A stretch of 63,700 nucleotides of DNA, filler included. It is 6 parts of 6 records of this genome, joined end to end, with 100 filler letters (N's around TTAATTAATTAA, not from the genome) between each part and the next. Parts side by side here need not be neighbours in the genome. Positions count along the whole stretch, not along the records: positions 1 to 10,143 come from SRR31156797_2370; 5 more parts are not named here. One strand, 5' to 3'. Shown in pieces: positions 1 to 10,243 of this stretch. A program made the translations under genes and the position numbers. How positions within the stretch are numbered: position 1 is the first letter of the stretch; each line of letters begins with the position of its first letter. The notes under the pieces are model-generated. The model was not told where the DNA came from. It did no database searches and saw only the letters and a list, made by a program, of their open reading frames with translations.

Positions 1-805
1 CGCGTTCCTTCAGGTAAGCCAGGGTGCGTTCAAAAGCGGCTGTCATGCCGCCCAGCATTTCGCCGCACAGGGCTACAGTGGCCAGGTCGATTACTTCACC
101 CAGGAGCTTTCCGCCTTCATCTACTTTCCCAAGTATGTTCGACTCCGGAACCTCCACATTTTCCAACTTGATAATGGCTGTGTTTCTTGAATCCACCCGG
201 CTTTGACGAGTTACGGTCATTCCGGGCGCATCCTTGGGAATAAGGAACAGGGTGATCCCGTCGGCGTCTCCGCTTTTGCCCGAAGTTCGGGCCGAGACTA
301 TGACGGCGTCCGCGCCCCAACCGTCGAGCACCTGGGTCTTTTCCCCTGTAATGGAGTATCCCTCCCCTGCCCTTTCAGCGCTTGTATTTATGCGGCAAAG
401 ATCAAAACGCCCGCCTTTTTCCTGGTAGGCCAGGGCCAGCACTTTTTCCGCTTCGATGATGGAATCAAGCCACTCCTCCCGCAAAGCGTCGTTTCCACCG
501 CGAGACAAAGCCTGACCGGCCATCATTACAGATGAGAGAAACGGTTCAGGCGCCAGGCCGGTTCCAAGGGCTTCCATGACCACAATCATGTCGGCCATAC
601 CCAGTCCCATTCCCCCCTGTTCTTCGGGAAAAAGGATGTATGCCCAGCCCAATTCGGCCATTTGCTTGAAGATCGCCTTGTCATATCCAAGCGATTCCTT
701 GTCATCCCTGAGCGCACGCATTCGCGTCACTGGGGATGCATTTTTCATAAAATTCCTGGCTGATTGATCCAGCAGCCTCTGTTCATCATTGAGAATTAGT
801 TCCAT
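1..805 (-). CDS. Acyl-CoA dehydrogenase family protein (3' end runs off the window)
   Basis: Not in the ORF track. Manual translation from ATG at 805 gives MELILNDEQRLLDQSARNF...QMAELGWAYILFPEEQGGMGLG, a typical ACAD N-terminus. It lies directly downstream of a second ACAD. Confidence 0.85.
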   Translation of the reverse strand, partial: MELILNDEQRLLDQSARNFMKNASPVTRMRALRDDKESLGYDKAIFKQMAELGWAYILFPEEQGGMGLGMADMIVVMEALGTGLAPEPFLSSVMMAGQALSRGGNDALREEWLDSIIEAEKVLALAYQEKGGRFDLCRINTSAERAGEGYSITGEKTQVLDGWGADAVIVSARTSGKSGDADGITLFLIPKDAPGMTVTRQSRVDSRNTAIIKLENVEVPESNILGKVDEGGKLLGEVIDLATVALCGEMLGGMTAAFERTLAYLKER

Positions 806-855
806 TTTTCAACTCCCGCTAAGTCTTTGGTCACGATTAAGGGTTCATTTCCGTA

Positions 856-2055
856 TTAATCCGGAAGTCCCAACACCAGCTTGGCCATGATGTTAAGCTG
901 GATCTCTGAAGTGCCGCCCTCGATGGTGTTTCCGCGGGAGCGCAGCCAGTGTCGGGTAACCAACAGCTCGTCTTCGGTGAAGCCGTCCCCTTCCCAACCC
1001 AGACTTTCGGGACCTAAAATCGACAGCATCAGTTCCAAACGTCTCTGGTTGAGTTCCGTGCCGTAAATTTTGAACATGGATGATTCCGGGCCTGGCCTGT
1101 GGCCGGCTTTCATGTTGTCGATGTTCCGTTGCACGGTTAGTCCAAAACAAGCCTCATCCATCTGAATCTGAGCCATCCGATCCCGGATTATTCCGTCCGC
1201 TATCTTCCCATCGCTCAGGCCGATATAGTGCCTGGCCGCGGCTTCAAGGGTGTTTTCTTCCGATTGGGCTGATGATACTCCGCCAAATACGTCGGCGATC
1301 ATTGTTCGTTCATGGCCTAAAAGCGCCTTGGCCACCGCCCACCCCTTGTTTATTTCGCCCAGGACATGTTTTTTAGAGGCGCGGACATCTTCAAAAAAGA
1401 CTTCGCAAAAAGGACTGTCGCCGCTGATCAATTTAATCGGCCGAACCTCTACTCCGGGTTGATCCATGTCCACCAGTAAAAAGGTGATGCCGGCCTGTTT
1501 TTTCACTTCCGTATCCGTGCGGCCGATCATGAATATCCAGTCGGAAAGGTCGCCGTAGCTGGTCCATATTTTCTGACCGTTGATGACAAATTCATCGCCG
1601 TCGTCTACGAGTCTGGTCTGGACATTGGCCAGGTCGGAACCGGCGTTCGGCTCGGAATAGCCCTGACACCATCGGACTTCTCCCCGGCAGATCTTGGGAA
1701 GGAAGTATTGTTTTTGCTCCTCGGTTCCATATTGAAGAATGGTAGGTCCGATCATGGTGATGCCGAATCCGATCAGTGGACGCGGTAATTTAAGACGATC
1801 CAGTTCCTCGGTCAACACCTTGCCTTCCTTTTTACTGAGACCGCCTCCGCCGTATTCCCCGGGCCAAGTGGGAACAGTCCAGCCCTTTTCCGCCATCATG
1901 TCCATCCAGGTCCTGGATTCGGGAAATGGAGGCGTAGTCTTTTTACCGCCCCAATATTCCTTTAAAGGGTCGCCCATCTTGCCTCTTAAAGACGCAGGAG
2001 CGTTTTCCTCCAGCCAGGTTCTTACAGATGCTCTGAATTCCTCTAATTCGCTCAT
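856..2055 (-). CDS. Acyl-CoA dehydrogenase family protein
   Basis: 399 aa with CQGYSEPNAGSDLA, INGQKIWTS and C-terminal TIEGGTSEIQ ACAD motifs. Confidence 0.93.
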   Translation of the reverse strand: MSELEEFRASVRTWLEENAPASLRGKMGDPLKEYWGGKKTTPPFPESRTWMDMMAEKGWTVPTWPGEYGGGGLSKKEGKVLTEELDRLKLPRPLIGFGITMIGPTILQYGTEEQKQYFLPKICRGEVRWCQGYSEPNAGSDLANVQTRLVDDGDEFVINGQKIWTSYGDLSDWIFMIGRTDTEVKKQAGITFLLVDMDQPGVEVRPIKLISGDSPFCEVFFEDVRASKKHVLGEINKGWAVAKALLGHERTMIADVFGGVSSAQSEENTLEAAARHYIGLSDGKIADGIIRDRMAQIQMDEACFGLTVQRNIDNMKAGHRPGPESSMFKIYGTELNQRRLELMLSILGPESLGWEGDGFTEDELLVTRHWLRSRGNTIEGGTSEIQLNIMAKLVLGLPD

Positions 2056-2321
2056 AAAATATTACCTCTTCGTTTTATTCGCCTTCCATGGGCGGCTTCC
2101 TCGCCGCTTTTCGATTGATAAACAAGCATCGAACCGCGATTAAAGGTCCACGGTTTTTCCTTTAAGCCTATTTTTTTCCTACTTCTTTGAAAATTTTATA
2201 TTTCTTGTTTTTTTTGATAGTAATGCAGACAAAAGGCCTCGGTCAAGCCGAAAGCGGCCTTGTATTGCGAGAGTTGGTAGAAGAATGGAGGGGAAAGTAA
2301 AATAGCGTCCTGTTCAGTTTG

Positions 2322-2879
2322 TTACAGCCCGTTCAGGTCCGCTTTACGATCTTCATATTTGTCGCCCGGCAGATAGGATGAGCCATGATAAAACCAGGCC
2401 CGGCGCCCCAACAACCCGGCCTTGACCGGCCGGCCGGCTGCATCCGCCCGGTCTATTACTATAAATGCCGCTTCCCAGAAATCGGGTTTGTCGATTAAAA
2501 GAATAGTATTTGACAATACGATCTTTTTGCCGCTTCCGACAACTGTCAGTTCCCTCATTCCGGAGCTGTTTCTGATAAGTTTTATTTTGACTACCTGATC
2601 CCACGATAGAACTTTTTCCCGGCCAAACAATCCTATCCGCGCCACACCAGAATCATTAACTACGACTTCCTGGATAAAAAAATCCGCCAACAACACCGCA
2701 GGTACGATGACAAACAAGTTCAGGGCTAAAGAGACCCAGTATGAGCCCATGGGATTTTTGATGAAGCCCATGAATAAAATATATAGTGTAAATCCCAATA
2801 AAGCGTAAGCCAACACCTTTCCAATGCCTCGGCTGTGCACTCGAGTTTCACCGTGAACATTGCTTGTCAAATCAGTCAT
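2322..2879 (-). CDS. Hypothetical membrane protein
   Basis: 185 aa with two N-terminal hydrophobic helices followed by a soluble beta-rich region. Confidence 0.6.
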   Translation of the reverse strand: MTDLTSNVHGETRVHSRGIGKVLAYALLGFTLYILFMGFIKNPMGSYWVSLALNLFVIVPAVLLADFFIQEVVVNDSGVARIGLFGREKVLSWDQVVKIKLIRNSSGMRELTVVGSGKKIVLSNTILLIDKPDFWEAAFIVIDRADAAGRPVKAGLLGRRAWFYHGSSYLPGDKYEDRKADLNGL

Positions 2880-3063
2880 AATGCCGCTTGCCTTTCATGA
2901 AAAACGTTTGATTTCTTATGGTACGCTTAATTTATTATAGCCTGGATATTGCAACTCGCATCGGAAAATTTTGAGTTTTGCGGACGCCGCAAGCCTTCCT
3001 CATAAAAAAAGTCCTCGCCCTTTTCATAACTTGCTGAATTTATAGTAATTTACTTATTTCTGG

Positions 3064-3146
3064 ATTGCTTTTTTGTAATTTTTTGCAGATAAAAATTGCT
3101 TTTTTGCAATATTTTTATTGACAGGGTTACGAAACAGCCATAAAGT
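3064..3146 (+). promoter_or_regulatory. Sigma70 promoter with two upstream palindromic operator-like sites
   Basis: TTGACA (3118-3123), 17 bp, TAAAGT (3141-3146). ATTGC-T6-GTAAT (3064-3079) and ATTGC-T6-GCAAT (3095-3110) lie upstream. Confidence 0.6.
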
Positions 3147-3155
3147 GGCTACATA

Positions 3156-3695
3156 ATGACTACAAGTGAAAAGGTTAAGCTCGGGCGCCGCATCCGTGCG
3201 TTGCGCAAGGAGCGAGGTCTTAGCATGACCCAACTGGCTGAGGCTGCCGGGGTGAATTACGCAACTATTCACCGTGTTGAAACCGGCAAGGTCAGCCCCT
3301 CGGTTGTGCTTCTCTCGGAGATCGCCCATTGTCTAGGCCATTCCATTGTGAGCCTGCTGGAAGAAGATCGCGCCCGGATAACGGTCATTCGGGCCGAGGA
3401 GCAGCCTGAGGTCGAATCGGACCTGTTACGAATCCGTCTGCTTGTTCCCAAGGGTCTGATTAACGACAAAATGTCAATCAGCCTTGGCCGGGGCAAGGTT
3501 GGCGAAATCGTGAGTAGGCATAAGACAGAGGGTTACGAGCTGGCTTATATTTTAGAAGGATCTTGTTTGTTCAACCACGGCGGACAGGATCATAAACTGG
3601 AGGAAGGCGACCTGGTTTATTTTGACGGCCGCGCCTGGCATTCGGTTGAGGCGTTGGAGCCGTTAGTGTTTTTGGCCATATATTTCAGGGATTGA
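3156..3695 (+). CDS. XRE-family HTH regulator with C-terminal cupin domain
   Basis: LGRRIRALRKERGLSMTQLAEAAGV HTH; cupin motifs ELAYILEG and GDLVYFDG..WH. Confidence 0.9.
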   Translation: MTTSEKVKLGRRIRALRKERGLSMTQLAEAAGVNYATIHRVETGKVSPSVVLLSEIAHCLGHSIVSLLEEDRARITVIRAEEQPEVESDLLRIRLLVPKGLINDKMSISLGRGKVGEIVSRHKTEGYELAYILEGSCLFNHGGQDHKLEEGDLVYFDGRAWHSVEALEPLVFLAIYFRD

Positions 3696-3726
3696 AAACG
3701 AAACCATTTATCGAGGAGGGAGAAAG

Positions 3727-4980
3727 ATGCGCGGATTAGGTCCCAAAATTCTTGTTATCCTGTTCCTGTCGGTATTCCTGACGGCCCCGGTCGTCTCGAA
3801 CGCGGGTGGAGAGCCGATCGTAGTGGGGGTTCCCAGTTCCTTAAAAACGCTAGAATCCAGTGAAGCTTTGAACGCCATCATCATGGCCGCCGAAGAGATC
3901 AACGCCAAAGGCGGTGTCAAGGTGGGCGACCAGATGAGGCCTTTAAAGATCGAGTCGATCGACACCAGGGGCGGCGAACCGGGCGTTCCCATATCCGACG
4001 CTTTGCTGGCTATTGAAAAGCTGTTTCTGGAAAAGAAACCGGACGCGGTGGTTCTGGGGCCGTTCCGTTCCGAGGTTTTACTTGCGGCCATGGACGTTTA
4101 CGCCAAGTACAACATGGTCGGCATCAATGTGGCCATGACGCCCAAATTCGTTTCAAAATACAAGGGCGACACGGACAAGTACAAGCACAGCTTCAGAATG
4201 CTCAACGCCAAGTATGTGGTTGGGTATTTAATGAAGACCTTCAGCAAGATTAAAAAAGATTTCGGGTATAACAAAGTTTATATCGTGGTGCAGGATGTGC
4301 TCTGGGCTGAGGCCATCGGCAAGGGCATGCAGGGCTGGTTCAAAAAGCAAGGTTGGGAAGTGGTCGGTTTTGACAAATACCCGACAGGCGCCAGTGATTT
4401 TTCCACGACCATGATCAAGGCCCAGAGTTCCGGCGCGCAGCTTTTGATGCCGATTTTCGATATGGCTTCCAGCGGCAACCTGGTGATCCAGTGGAAGGAT
4501 ATGCAGGTCCCGGCATTGCCGGTGGGATTCATTTCTCCACTGATGGGGTCCAATGCGGCAAAGACGTTCGGCGATGCCGTGGACGGGGTCATCAACATAG
4601 TGTTCCAGGCCGGTAATATTCCGCTCGCCAAATGGGAGCCGGCCGAACGTTTTTATAACGCCTACGCCAAACGATGGGGCAAGGAATTGCAAGCCGGTCA
4701 CATGCCGGCGGAAGCATATGATTCAGTATTTATTCTGGCCGACGCCATAACCCGAGCCGGCGGCCTGGACCCGGACAAGCTCATCAAGGCTGTTGAAGAG
4801 ACGGATTATTCCGGCGTGATTGGACGGATCCGGTTCAAGGACCACGAGATTGTATTTGGAGAAGACCCCAAGGAGAATGCCCTGCTGACCGTGTACCAGT
4901 GGCAGAACAAGAAGCGCGTTCCTGTTTTCCCGGACAGCATTGCCGAGGGCGCCATACAAAAGCCCGCCTGGATGAAATAG
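3727..4980 (+). CDS. Liv/HAAT-family ABC transporter substrate-binding protein
   Basis: Signal peptide, AAEEINAKGGV motif, first gene of a Liv-type operon. Confidence 0.88.
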   Translation: MRGLGPKILVILFLSVFLTAPVVSNAGGEPIVVGVPSSLKTLESSEALNAIIMAAEEINAKGGVKVGDQMRPLKIESIDTRGGEPGVPISDALLAIEKLFLEKKPDAVVLGPFRSEVLLAAMDVYAKYNMVGINVAMTPKFVSKYKGDTDKYKHSFRMLNAKYVVGYLMKTFSKIKKDFGYNKVYIVVQDVLWAEAIGKGMQGWFKKQGWEVVGFDKYPTGASDFSTTMIKAQSSGAQLLMPIFDMASSGNLVIQWKDMQVPALPVGFISPLMGSNAAKTFGDAVDGVINIVFQAGNIPLAKWEPAERFYNAYAKRWGKELQAGHMPAEAYDSVFILADAITRAGGLDPDKLIKAVEETDYSGVIGRIRFKDHEIVFGEDPKENALLTVYQWQNKKRVPVFPDSIAEGAIQKPAWMK

Positions 4981-5138
4981 CATATCGCGGGACGTCTTAT
5001 AGTGCGGCGTCCCGCTTCATTATAACCATTTAACGTAATGTTATTGTTGCTCCAACCGACAACTCGTTGCATCGGCGCGGTATGGCGCGCCCTTTTCGGG
5101 AAGAGAACTTATCCCCTTCCCCAATGTGAGAAAACAAC

Positions 5139-5999
5139 ATGCTGGTTTATGGATTTATCAACTCAATTATCCTGGCCCTGATCGCCCTTGGTTTCAGCAT
5201 AACCTTCGGCATAAGCCGGGTTGCCAATTTCGCCCATGGCTCCTTCTACGTGCTGGGGGGAGTATTAACCTGGCTGTTTTTGACCAAGGCGGGGCTGCCG
5301 TATTTCCTGGCCGTTATTCTGGCGGTTTTGATCGTGGGAATCCTCGGGGCTTTGATGTACCGATTTATATTGATCCGCCTGAGGGGACTGGAACTGTCAG
5401 AAGTCATTTCCACTTTCGCCATCGGCCTTATTATTCTCGAGATGATGCGCAGCCTTGGAGTAATGGGTTTTGAATATCGGATTCCGCCTATTGTAAAGGG
5501 TTCGGTTAAAGTCCTGGGCACTTATGTGGGCATTCAGAGGCTTATCATAGTGGGAGTGGGCGTCCTTTTACTGATCCTGCTTTACTTTTTTGTGCATCAT
5601 ACAAAAATCGGTCTCGCCTTCCGCGGCGTGGCCCAGGACACCCATACGGCCTACACGGTAGGGATCAATCCGGACAGGGTTTCCATGCTCAGCCTGATGC
5701 TAGGGTCAATGCTCTGCTCATTTGCAGCGGTTCTGATTCTGCCGCTGGGCACTATTTCAGTGGACGAGGGGTACGATATTCTGCTCAAGTCGCTAGCGGT
5801 CTGCATAATCGGAGGTCTTGAAAGCACGGGCGGCGTGATTGCGGCCTGTTTCATCATCGGTTACGCGGAAATTCTGACGTCCATGTACATCTCATCATCG
5901 CTGAGCATGGTGGTTCCGCTTTTGTGCATGCTTTTAATTCTTCTGATTAGGCCCTCCGGGTTGTTCGGCAAACATAAGGAACTGGAAGAACGGATATGA
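5139..5999 (+). CDS. Liv-type ABC permease (LivH-like)
   Basis: ALIALGFSITFG..NFAHG motif; C-terminal RPSGLFG. Confidence 0.9.
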   Translation: MLVYGFINSIILALIALGFSITFGISRVANFAHGSFYVLGGVLTWLFLTKAGLPYFLAVILAVLIVGILGALMYRFILIRLRGLELSEVISTFAIGLIILEMMRSLGVMGFEYRIPPIVKGSVKVLGTYVGIQRLIIVGVGVLLLILLYFFVHHTKIGLAFRGVAQDTHTAYTVGINPDRVSMLSLMLGSMLCSFAAVLILPLGTISVDEGYDILLKSLAVCIIGGLESTGGVIAACFIIGYAEILTSMYISSSLSMVVPLLCMLLILLIRPSGLFGKHKELEERI

Positions 6000-7000
6000 C
6001 TGAGAAGAGACGCAAAGAAAGAATTGACCGGGGCATAAAGGCCTGCACGGATGATATTTACTGCCTATCGTCATTTCGGGAAATGGCCTATCTTATCCTG
6101 CCAAGGGCTCTGCCGATCCTGGCCGTGCTCTTGCTGGTCCTGATCGTGCCTCTATATTGGAAAAAGGTTTTTGTCATCACCTTTACCATGGCCATCATGG
6201 CCATAAGCTGGGATTTCATGGCTTCCTGCGGGCTGGTTTCCCTGGGCCAGGCTCTCTTTTTCGCCGTCGGGGCTTATACCGCCGCCGGATTGAACCACTA
6301 CCTCGGGCTGCCCATATACCTGACTATTCCCTTGGCTTCGCTTTTAGGCGGAGTGATTTCCACCATGTTGATTTTTCCGGCCCTGCGGCTGAGGGGCATG
6401 TATTTTTCCATGGTTACATTAATCATTCCCCTGATGCTGATGAGGATCGTGGAAGCGACAAAGATTCTTGGCGGCACGGAGGGCCTTAGCGGCCTGAGTT
6501 CCCTGCCAGGCCTGGCTTTCAGCGTAGGCTTGAGCATGATTGCGGTTTGGTTGTCGCTCTTTTTACTGAGGCGTCTTTTCGCATCCGACTACGGAATGGT
6601 TTTTATCGCCCTGATGGACAACGACCGGGCTGTTGAAGCTTCGGGATTGAACGTTCTCTGGTTCAGGGTTCAGGCCGTTTACATCGGCAGCGGCATCTGC
6701 GCATTTTGCGGCGCCTTTATGACCCATTACCACATGAGCGCCGGCATGTCGGGTTTTGCGCTTGACCTGTCCATATTCCCAATTGCCTCATGCGTGGTGG
6801 GCGGCATTGGCACATTGGCCGGCCCGCTTTTAGGGGCGATGATTCTCGGGCCGCTTTCCGAAGCTCTTCGTAGCTTTGGAACGTTTCGGGTTGTCATTTA
6901 CTCGGCCCTGCTGGTGCTGTTTATTGTCGGCGTGCCGGAAGGAATTTTTCCGTTTTTAAAACGCAAATATGAACAGACCGAACGATGGGTCAAGGGGTAA
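5996..7000 (+). CDS. Liv-type ABC permease (LivM-like)
   Basis: GLVSLGQALFF, LRLRGMYF and PEGI motifs; overlaps the upstream stop codon. Confidence 0.88.
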   Translation: MTEKRRKERIDRGIKACTDDIYCLSSFREMAYLILPRALPILAVLLLVLIVPLYWKKVFVITFTMAIMAISWDFMASCGLVSLGQALFFAVGAYTAAGLNHYLGLPIYLTIPLASLLGGVISTMLIFPALRLRGMYFSMVTLIIPLMLMRIVEATKILGGTEGLSGLSSLPGLAFSVGLSMIAVWLSLFLLRRLFASDYGMVFIALMDNDRAVEASGLNVLWFRVQAVYIGSGICAFCGAFMTHYHMSAGMSGFALDLSIFPIASCVVGGIGTLAGPLLGAMILGPLSEALRSFGTFRVVIYSALLVLFIVGVPEGIFPFLKRKYEQTERWVKG

Positions 7001-7752
7001 TGGGCGTGGCTTTATTACAAGTTGAAGGTCTGGTGAAGAATTTCGGCGGGGTGACGGCCCTGAACCGGGTGAGTTTTGAAGTTGAGGAAGGAACCCTGTT
7101 GGGCATTATCGGGCCGAACGGCTGCGGCAAGACAACCCTGGTGAACTGTATAACCGGGTTTATAAAACCAAATTCGGGATCGGTCCAATACAGGGGCCGG
7201 GACATCACCGGCATGCGGCCGTCCCGGATAACCAACCTCGGAGTCGGGCGGACGTTCCAGATGGTCAAGCCGTTTTACCGGCTGCCTGCTTTCAAAAACC
7301 TGATTATCGCCCTTTCCTCGCCCAAGGTGAAAAAGACGGGCGGCCATTACGGCGACAAGGATTCCATGGCCCTGGATATATTGGAGGAGATCGGATTTGA
7401 AAGAGATTCGGCCATTCCCTTTCAAATGGCCAACGTCTTGCCTCACGGGTATCTCAAGAGGCTGGAGATGGGCCGGGTAATAGCTTTGCAAAGCGATCTG
7501 ATTATTTTTGACGAGCTTTATTCAGGCCTCAGCCTGGCTGAAGTGTCCAGCATGACGCCGCTGATCGACAAACTGCTAAAGGCGGGCAAGACCTTGATTA
7601 TGGTCGAACACCGGCTCAAGGAACTGTTTCGGATCGCGGACAAGGTTTTGGTTATGGACCAGGGCGGAGTTATAGCCCAGGGAACCAGCGGGGAAATAAT
7701 GAAAAATGAAGAAGTCCAGAAAGCTTACCTGGGCGTGGAACTGAAAAAATGA
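7000..7752 (+). CDS. Liv-type ABC ATPase (LivG-like)
   Basis: Walker A GPNGCGKTT, GRTFQ, VEH switch. Start placed at ATG 7000 (TAATG overlap). Confidence 0.88.
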   Translation: MGVALLQVEGLVKNFGGVTALNRVSFEVEEGTLLGIIGPNGCGKTTLVNCITGFIKPNSGSVQYRGRDITGMRPSRITNLGVGRTFQMVKPFYRLPAFKNLIIALSSPKVKKTGGHYGDKDSMALDILEEIGFERDSAIPFQMANVLPHGYLKRLEMGRVIALQSDLIIFDELYSGLSLAEVSSMTPLIDKLLKAGKTLIMVEHRLKELFRIADKVLVMDQGGVIAQGTSGEIMKNEEVQKAYLGVELKK

Positions 7753-8504
7753 TGAACATCGATAAACTGACGGTGTTTTACGAGAACGCTATCGCGGTCA
7801 ATGAACTGACCCTGAGCGTTAAACAGGGTGAAATCGTCGGCGTAATAGGCCCGAACAGCGCCGGGAAAACAACGCTGATGAACACGATCGCCGGCCTGAT
7901 TCTGGACACCAAGAAGATTGAAGACCGGAAGGGCGGCACACGGATTACCATATTCGGCGACATAAGTTTTCTCGGTGAAAACATAAATGCGGTCTGGCCC
8001 GACGACAGGGTTAAACTGGGAATCGTTCTGTGCCGGGAGCGCCATCCGGTTTTCCGGGAAAGCAGCGTGGATGAAAACCTAAAAATATCGGGTTATCTGC
8101 GCACTCGCGCCGACATGAAAAAGGAGAAGTCATTCATTTATGAAATGTTTCCCAGGCTGGCCGAGATGAAGAAAAGGAAAGCTGGTTTAATGAGCGGCGG
8201 AGAACAGCAGATGCTGGCCATCGGCATCGCCCTTATGGCCAACCCCAGGATATTGCTACTGGATGAACCTCTCCTGGGCCTAAGCCCGTTGATACAGCTT
8301 AACCTGGTTGAATCCGTGGAAGTCATCAATAAGGAAAAGAAGCTCACGGTTGTGATCGCCGAACAGTTCGCCAGGCCGCTGATTCCGATCATTGACAAGG
8401 GATACATTCTTGAAAACGGGATGCTCGCGTTTGAAGGCGTGCGGGAAGAATTATACGACAACCCGGACGTGAGAAGCGCCTATTTCGGAGTCGATTATGA
8501 GTAA
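7749..8504 (+). CDS. Liv-type ABC ATPase (LivF-like)
   Basis: GPNSAGKTT, MSGGEQQMLAI and LLLDEP motifs. Confidence 0.9.
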   Translation: MMNIDKLTVFYENAIAVNELTLSVKQGEIVGVIGPNSAGKTTLMNTIAGLILDTKKIEDRKGGTRITIFGDISFLGENINAVWPDDRVKLGIVLCRERHPVFRESSVDENLKISGYLRTRADMKKEKSFIYEMFPRLAEMKKRKAGLMSGGEQQMLAIGIALMANPRILLLDEPLLGLSPLIQLNLVESVEVINKEKKLTVVIAEQFARPLIPIIDKGYILENGMLAFEGVREELYDNPDVRSAYFGVDYE

Positions 8505-10125
8505 CGGTAAATCGATTTACCAGGTCTTTGAGGAAACGGCTAATAAAAATCCGAACAAAACAGCCCTGATCTTTTTAGGAGAAAAATATTCCTACAGGTT
8601 TCTGAAAGAGGCTGCTGAAACCATGGCCGGCGCGTTCAAGGACCTGGGGCTTAATAAAGGCGAGCGGGCGATTATTTACATCCCGAATTGTCCACAATGG
8701 GTGGTCGCCTGGTTGGGGCTGCAGAGACTTGGCGCCGTTCCTGTTCCGGTCAGCCCGATTTACACGGTTCACGACCTTCATTATATTGCTTCCGACTCCG
8801 GGGCCAGGCTCATTTTGTGCGGCGACACAAATTTTGGATACGCCAAGACAGTCAGGGAAATGGGCGTTCTTGATAAAATCATTGTCACCAATATCGCGGA
8901 CATGCTGCCCTGGTGGAAAAGGTTGATCGGTTTCGGGTTTGACCGCATTCCCGAAGGCAAGGTGGAATCGGAAAACATACTCCGTTTCAAAGACCTGATT
9001 CGCGGTAAAAAGGATGCATCCCCGCCTGCCGGTTGTGATGAAGATGAATACCTGGAAATTCTATACACCGGCGGCACGACCAAGTTCCCCAAGGGTGTGC
9101 CGATCTGCCATAAAGTGTATTGCGAATCCTTTCTGGCCCAATTGGAGGTCAGCGATCCCCTGGTTCCCTTGAATGAAAATATAATCGTCCAGGGAGCGCC
9201 CCTTTTTCACGTGCTGGGACAGCTTTTCGGGTTAGGCCCCATTTGCATGACCGGCGCCACGGTCATCCTTATGCCGAAAGTCAACCTGGACGCCATGATG
9301 CTCTATGTGCAGCGATACAAGGCCAAGACTCTTTTCGGCGTGCCCACATTGTATAGAATGCTGCTTGAGCACGATCGCCGGGATTATTACGACCTTTCAT
9401 CTCTTCAATACTGTTTCACCGGGGGCGACGTATTGCCCATGGAGGTGCTTAAGAGATGGAGGGAACATTACGGGACGAGAATTTACCAGGGATACGGGGC
9501 CACAGAGACCTGCGGCGGCGTGACCATGGTTCCGGTCACCGGCGATCCTCCTGATGATTCCATCGGAACGGTCATGCCTCAAAAGAGAATAAAAATCGTG
9601 GACCCGGAAACAATGGCGGAAGTTCATGAAGGCGAATCCGGCGAACTAATTGCGACATCGGATAATATGATCACCGAGTATTGGAACAAGGATGAGGAAA
9701 CACTCGAGTGTTTCGTGGAGATAGACGGGGAGCTTTGGTACAAGACCGGCGACCTGGTCAGGCTGGACGAAAACGGACACATGTATTTTGTCGACCGCAC
9801 CGCCGACATTATCAAGCACAAGGGTTACCGCATTTCCGCTTCCGAAATCGAGGCGGCCATCAAAGACCATCCCGCTGCCATATCAGCCTGCGTGGTGGGG
9901 ATTCCCGACAAGCGAGTGGGTGAGAGAATCAAGGCCTTTGTCGTTTTAAAGGAGGATTCCCAGGGCATGACCGGGGCTGAAATGATCAAATGGTGCAAAA
10001 CCAAACTGACTTCATACAAGGTCCCGGACTACATCGAGTTCAGGGACATGCTGCCCAAGTCGAAAGTCGGCAAGTATTTAAGGAGGGAACTCAGGCGGGA
10101 AGAGCGTGAGAAAGCAACGATGTAA
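8497..10125 (+). CDS. AMP-forming acyl-CoA synthetase (ANL superfamily)
   Basis: YTGGTTKFPKG, GYGATE, KTGD and LPKSKVGK motifs. Confidence 0.92.
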   Translation: MSNGKSIYQVFEETANKNPNKTALIFLGEKYSYRFLKEAAETMAGAFKDLGLNKGERAIIYIPNCPQWVVAWLGLQRLGAVPVPVSPIYTVHDLHYIASDSGARLILCGDTNFGYAKTVREMGVLDKIIVTNIADMLPWWKRLIGFGFDRIPEGKVESENILRFKDLIRGKKDASPPAGCDEDEYLEILYTGGTTKFPKGVPICHKVYCESFLAQLEVSDPLVPLNENIIVQGAPLFHVLGQLFGLGPICMTGATVILMPKVNLDAMMLYVQRYKAKTLFGVPTLYRMLLEHDRRDYYDLSSLQYCFTGGDVLPMEVLKRWREHYGTRIYQGYGATETCGGVTMVPVTGDPPDDSIGTVMPQKRIKIVDPETMAEVHEGESGELIATSDNMITEYWNKDEETLECFVEIDGELWYKTGDLVRLDENGHMYFVDRTADIIKHKGYRISASEIEAAIKDHPAAISACVVGIPDKRVGERIKAFVVLKEDSQGMTGAEMIKWCKTKLTSYKVPDYIEFRDMLPKSKVGKYLRRELRREEREKATM

Positions 10126-10143
10126 TAACGATTATTGAGAAAT

Positions 10144-10243
10144 NNNNNNNNNNNNNNNNNNNNNNNNNNNNNNNNNNNNNNNNNNNNTTAATTAATTAAN
10201 NNNNNNNNNNNNNNNNNNNNNNNNNNNNNNNNNNNNNNNNNNN
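10144..10243. other. Artificial contig spacer
   Basis: 100-nt N run containing TTAATTAATTAA. Confidence 0.98.

Noticed and set aside
10188-10199. TTAATTAATTAA repeated five times across the window
   Set aside because: Always embedded in N runs of fixed length; an artificial linker, not a biological repeat.
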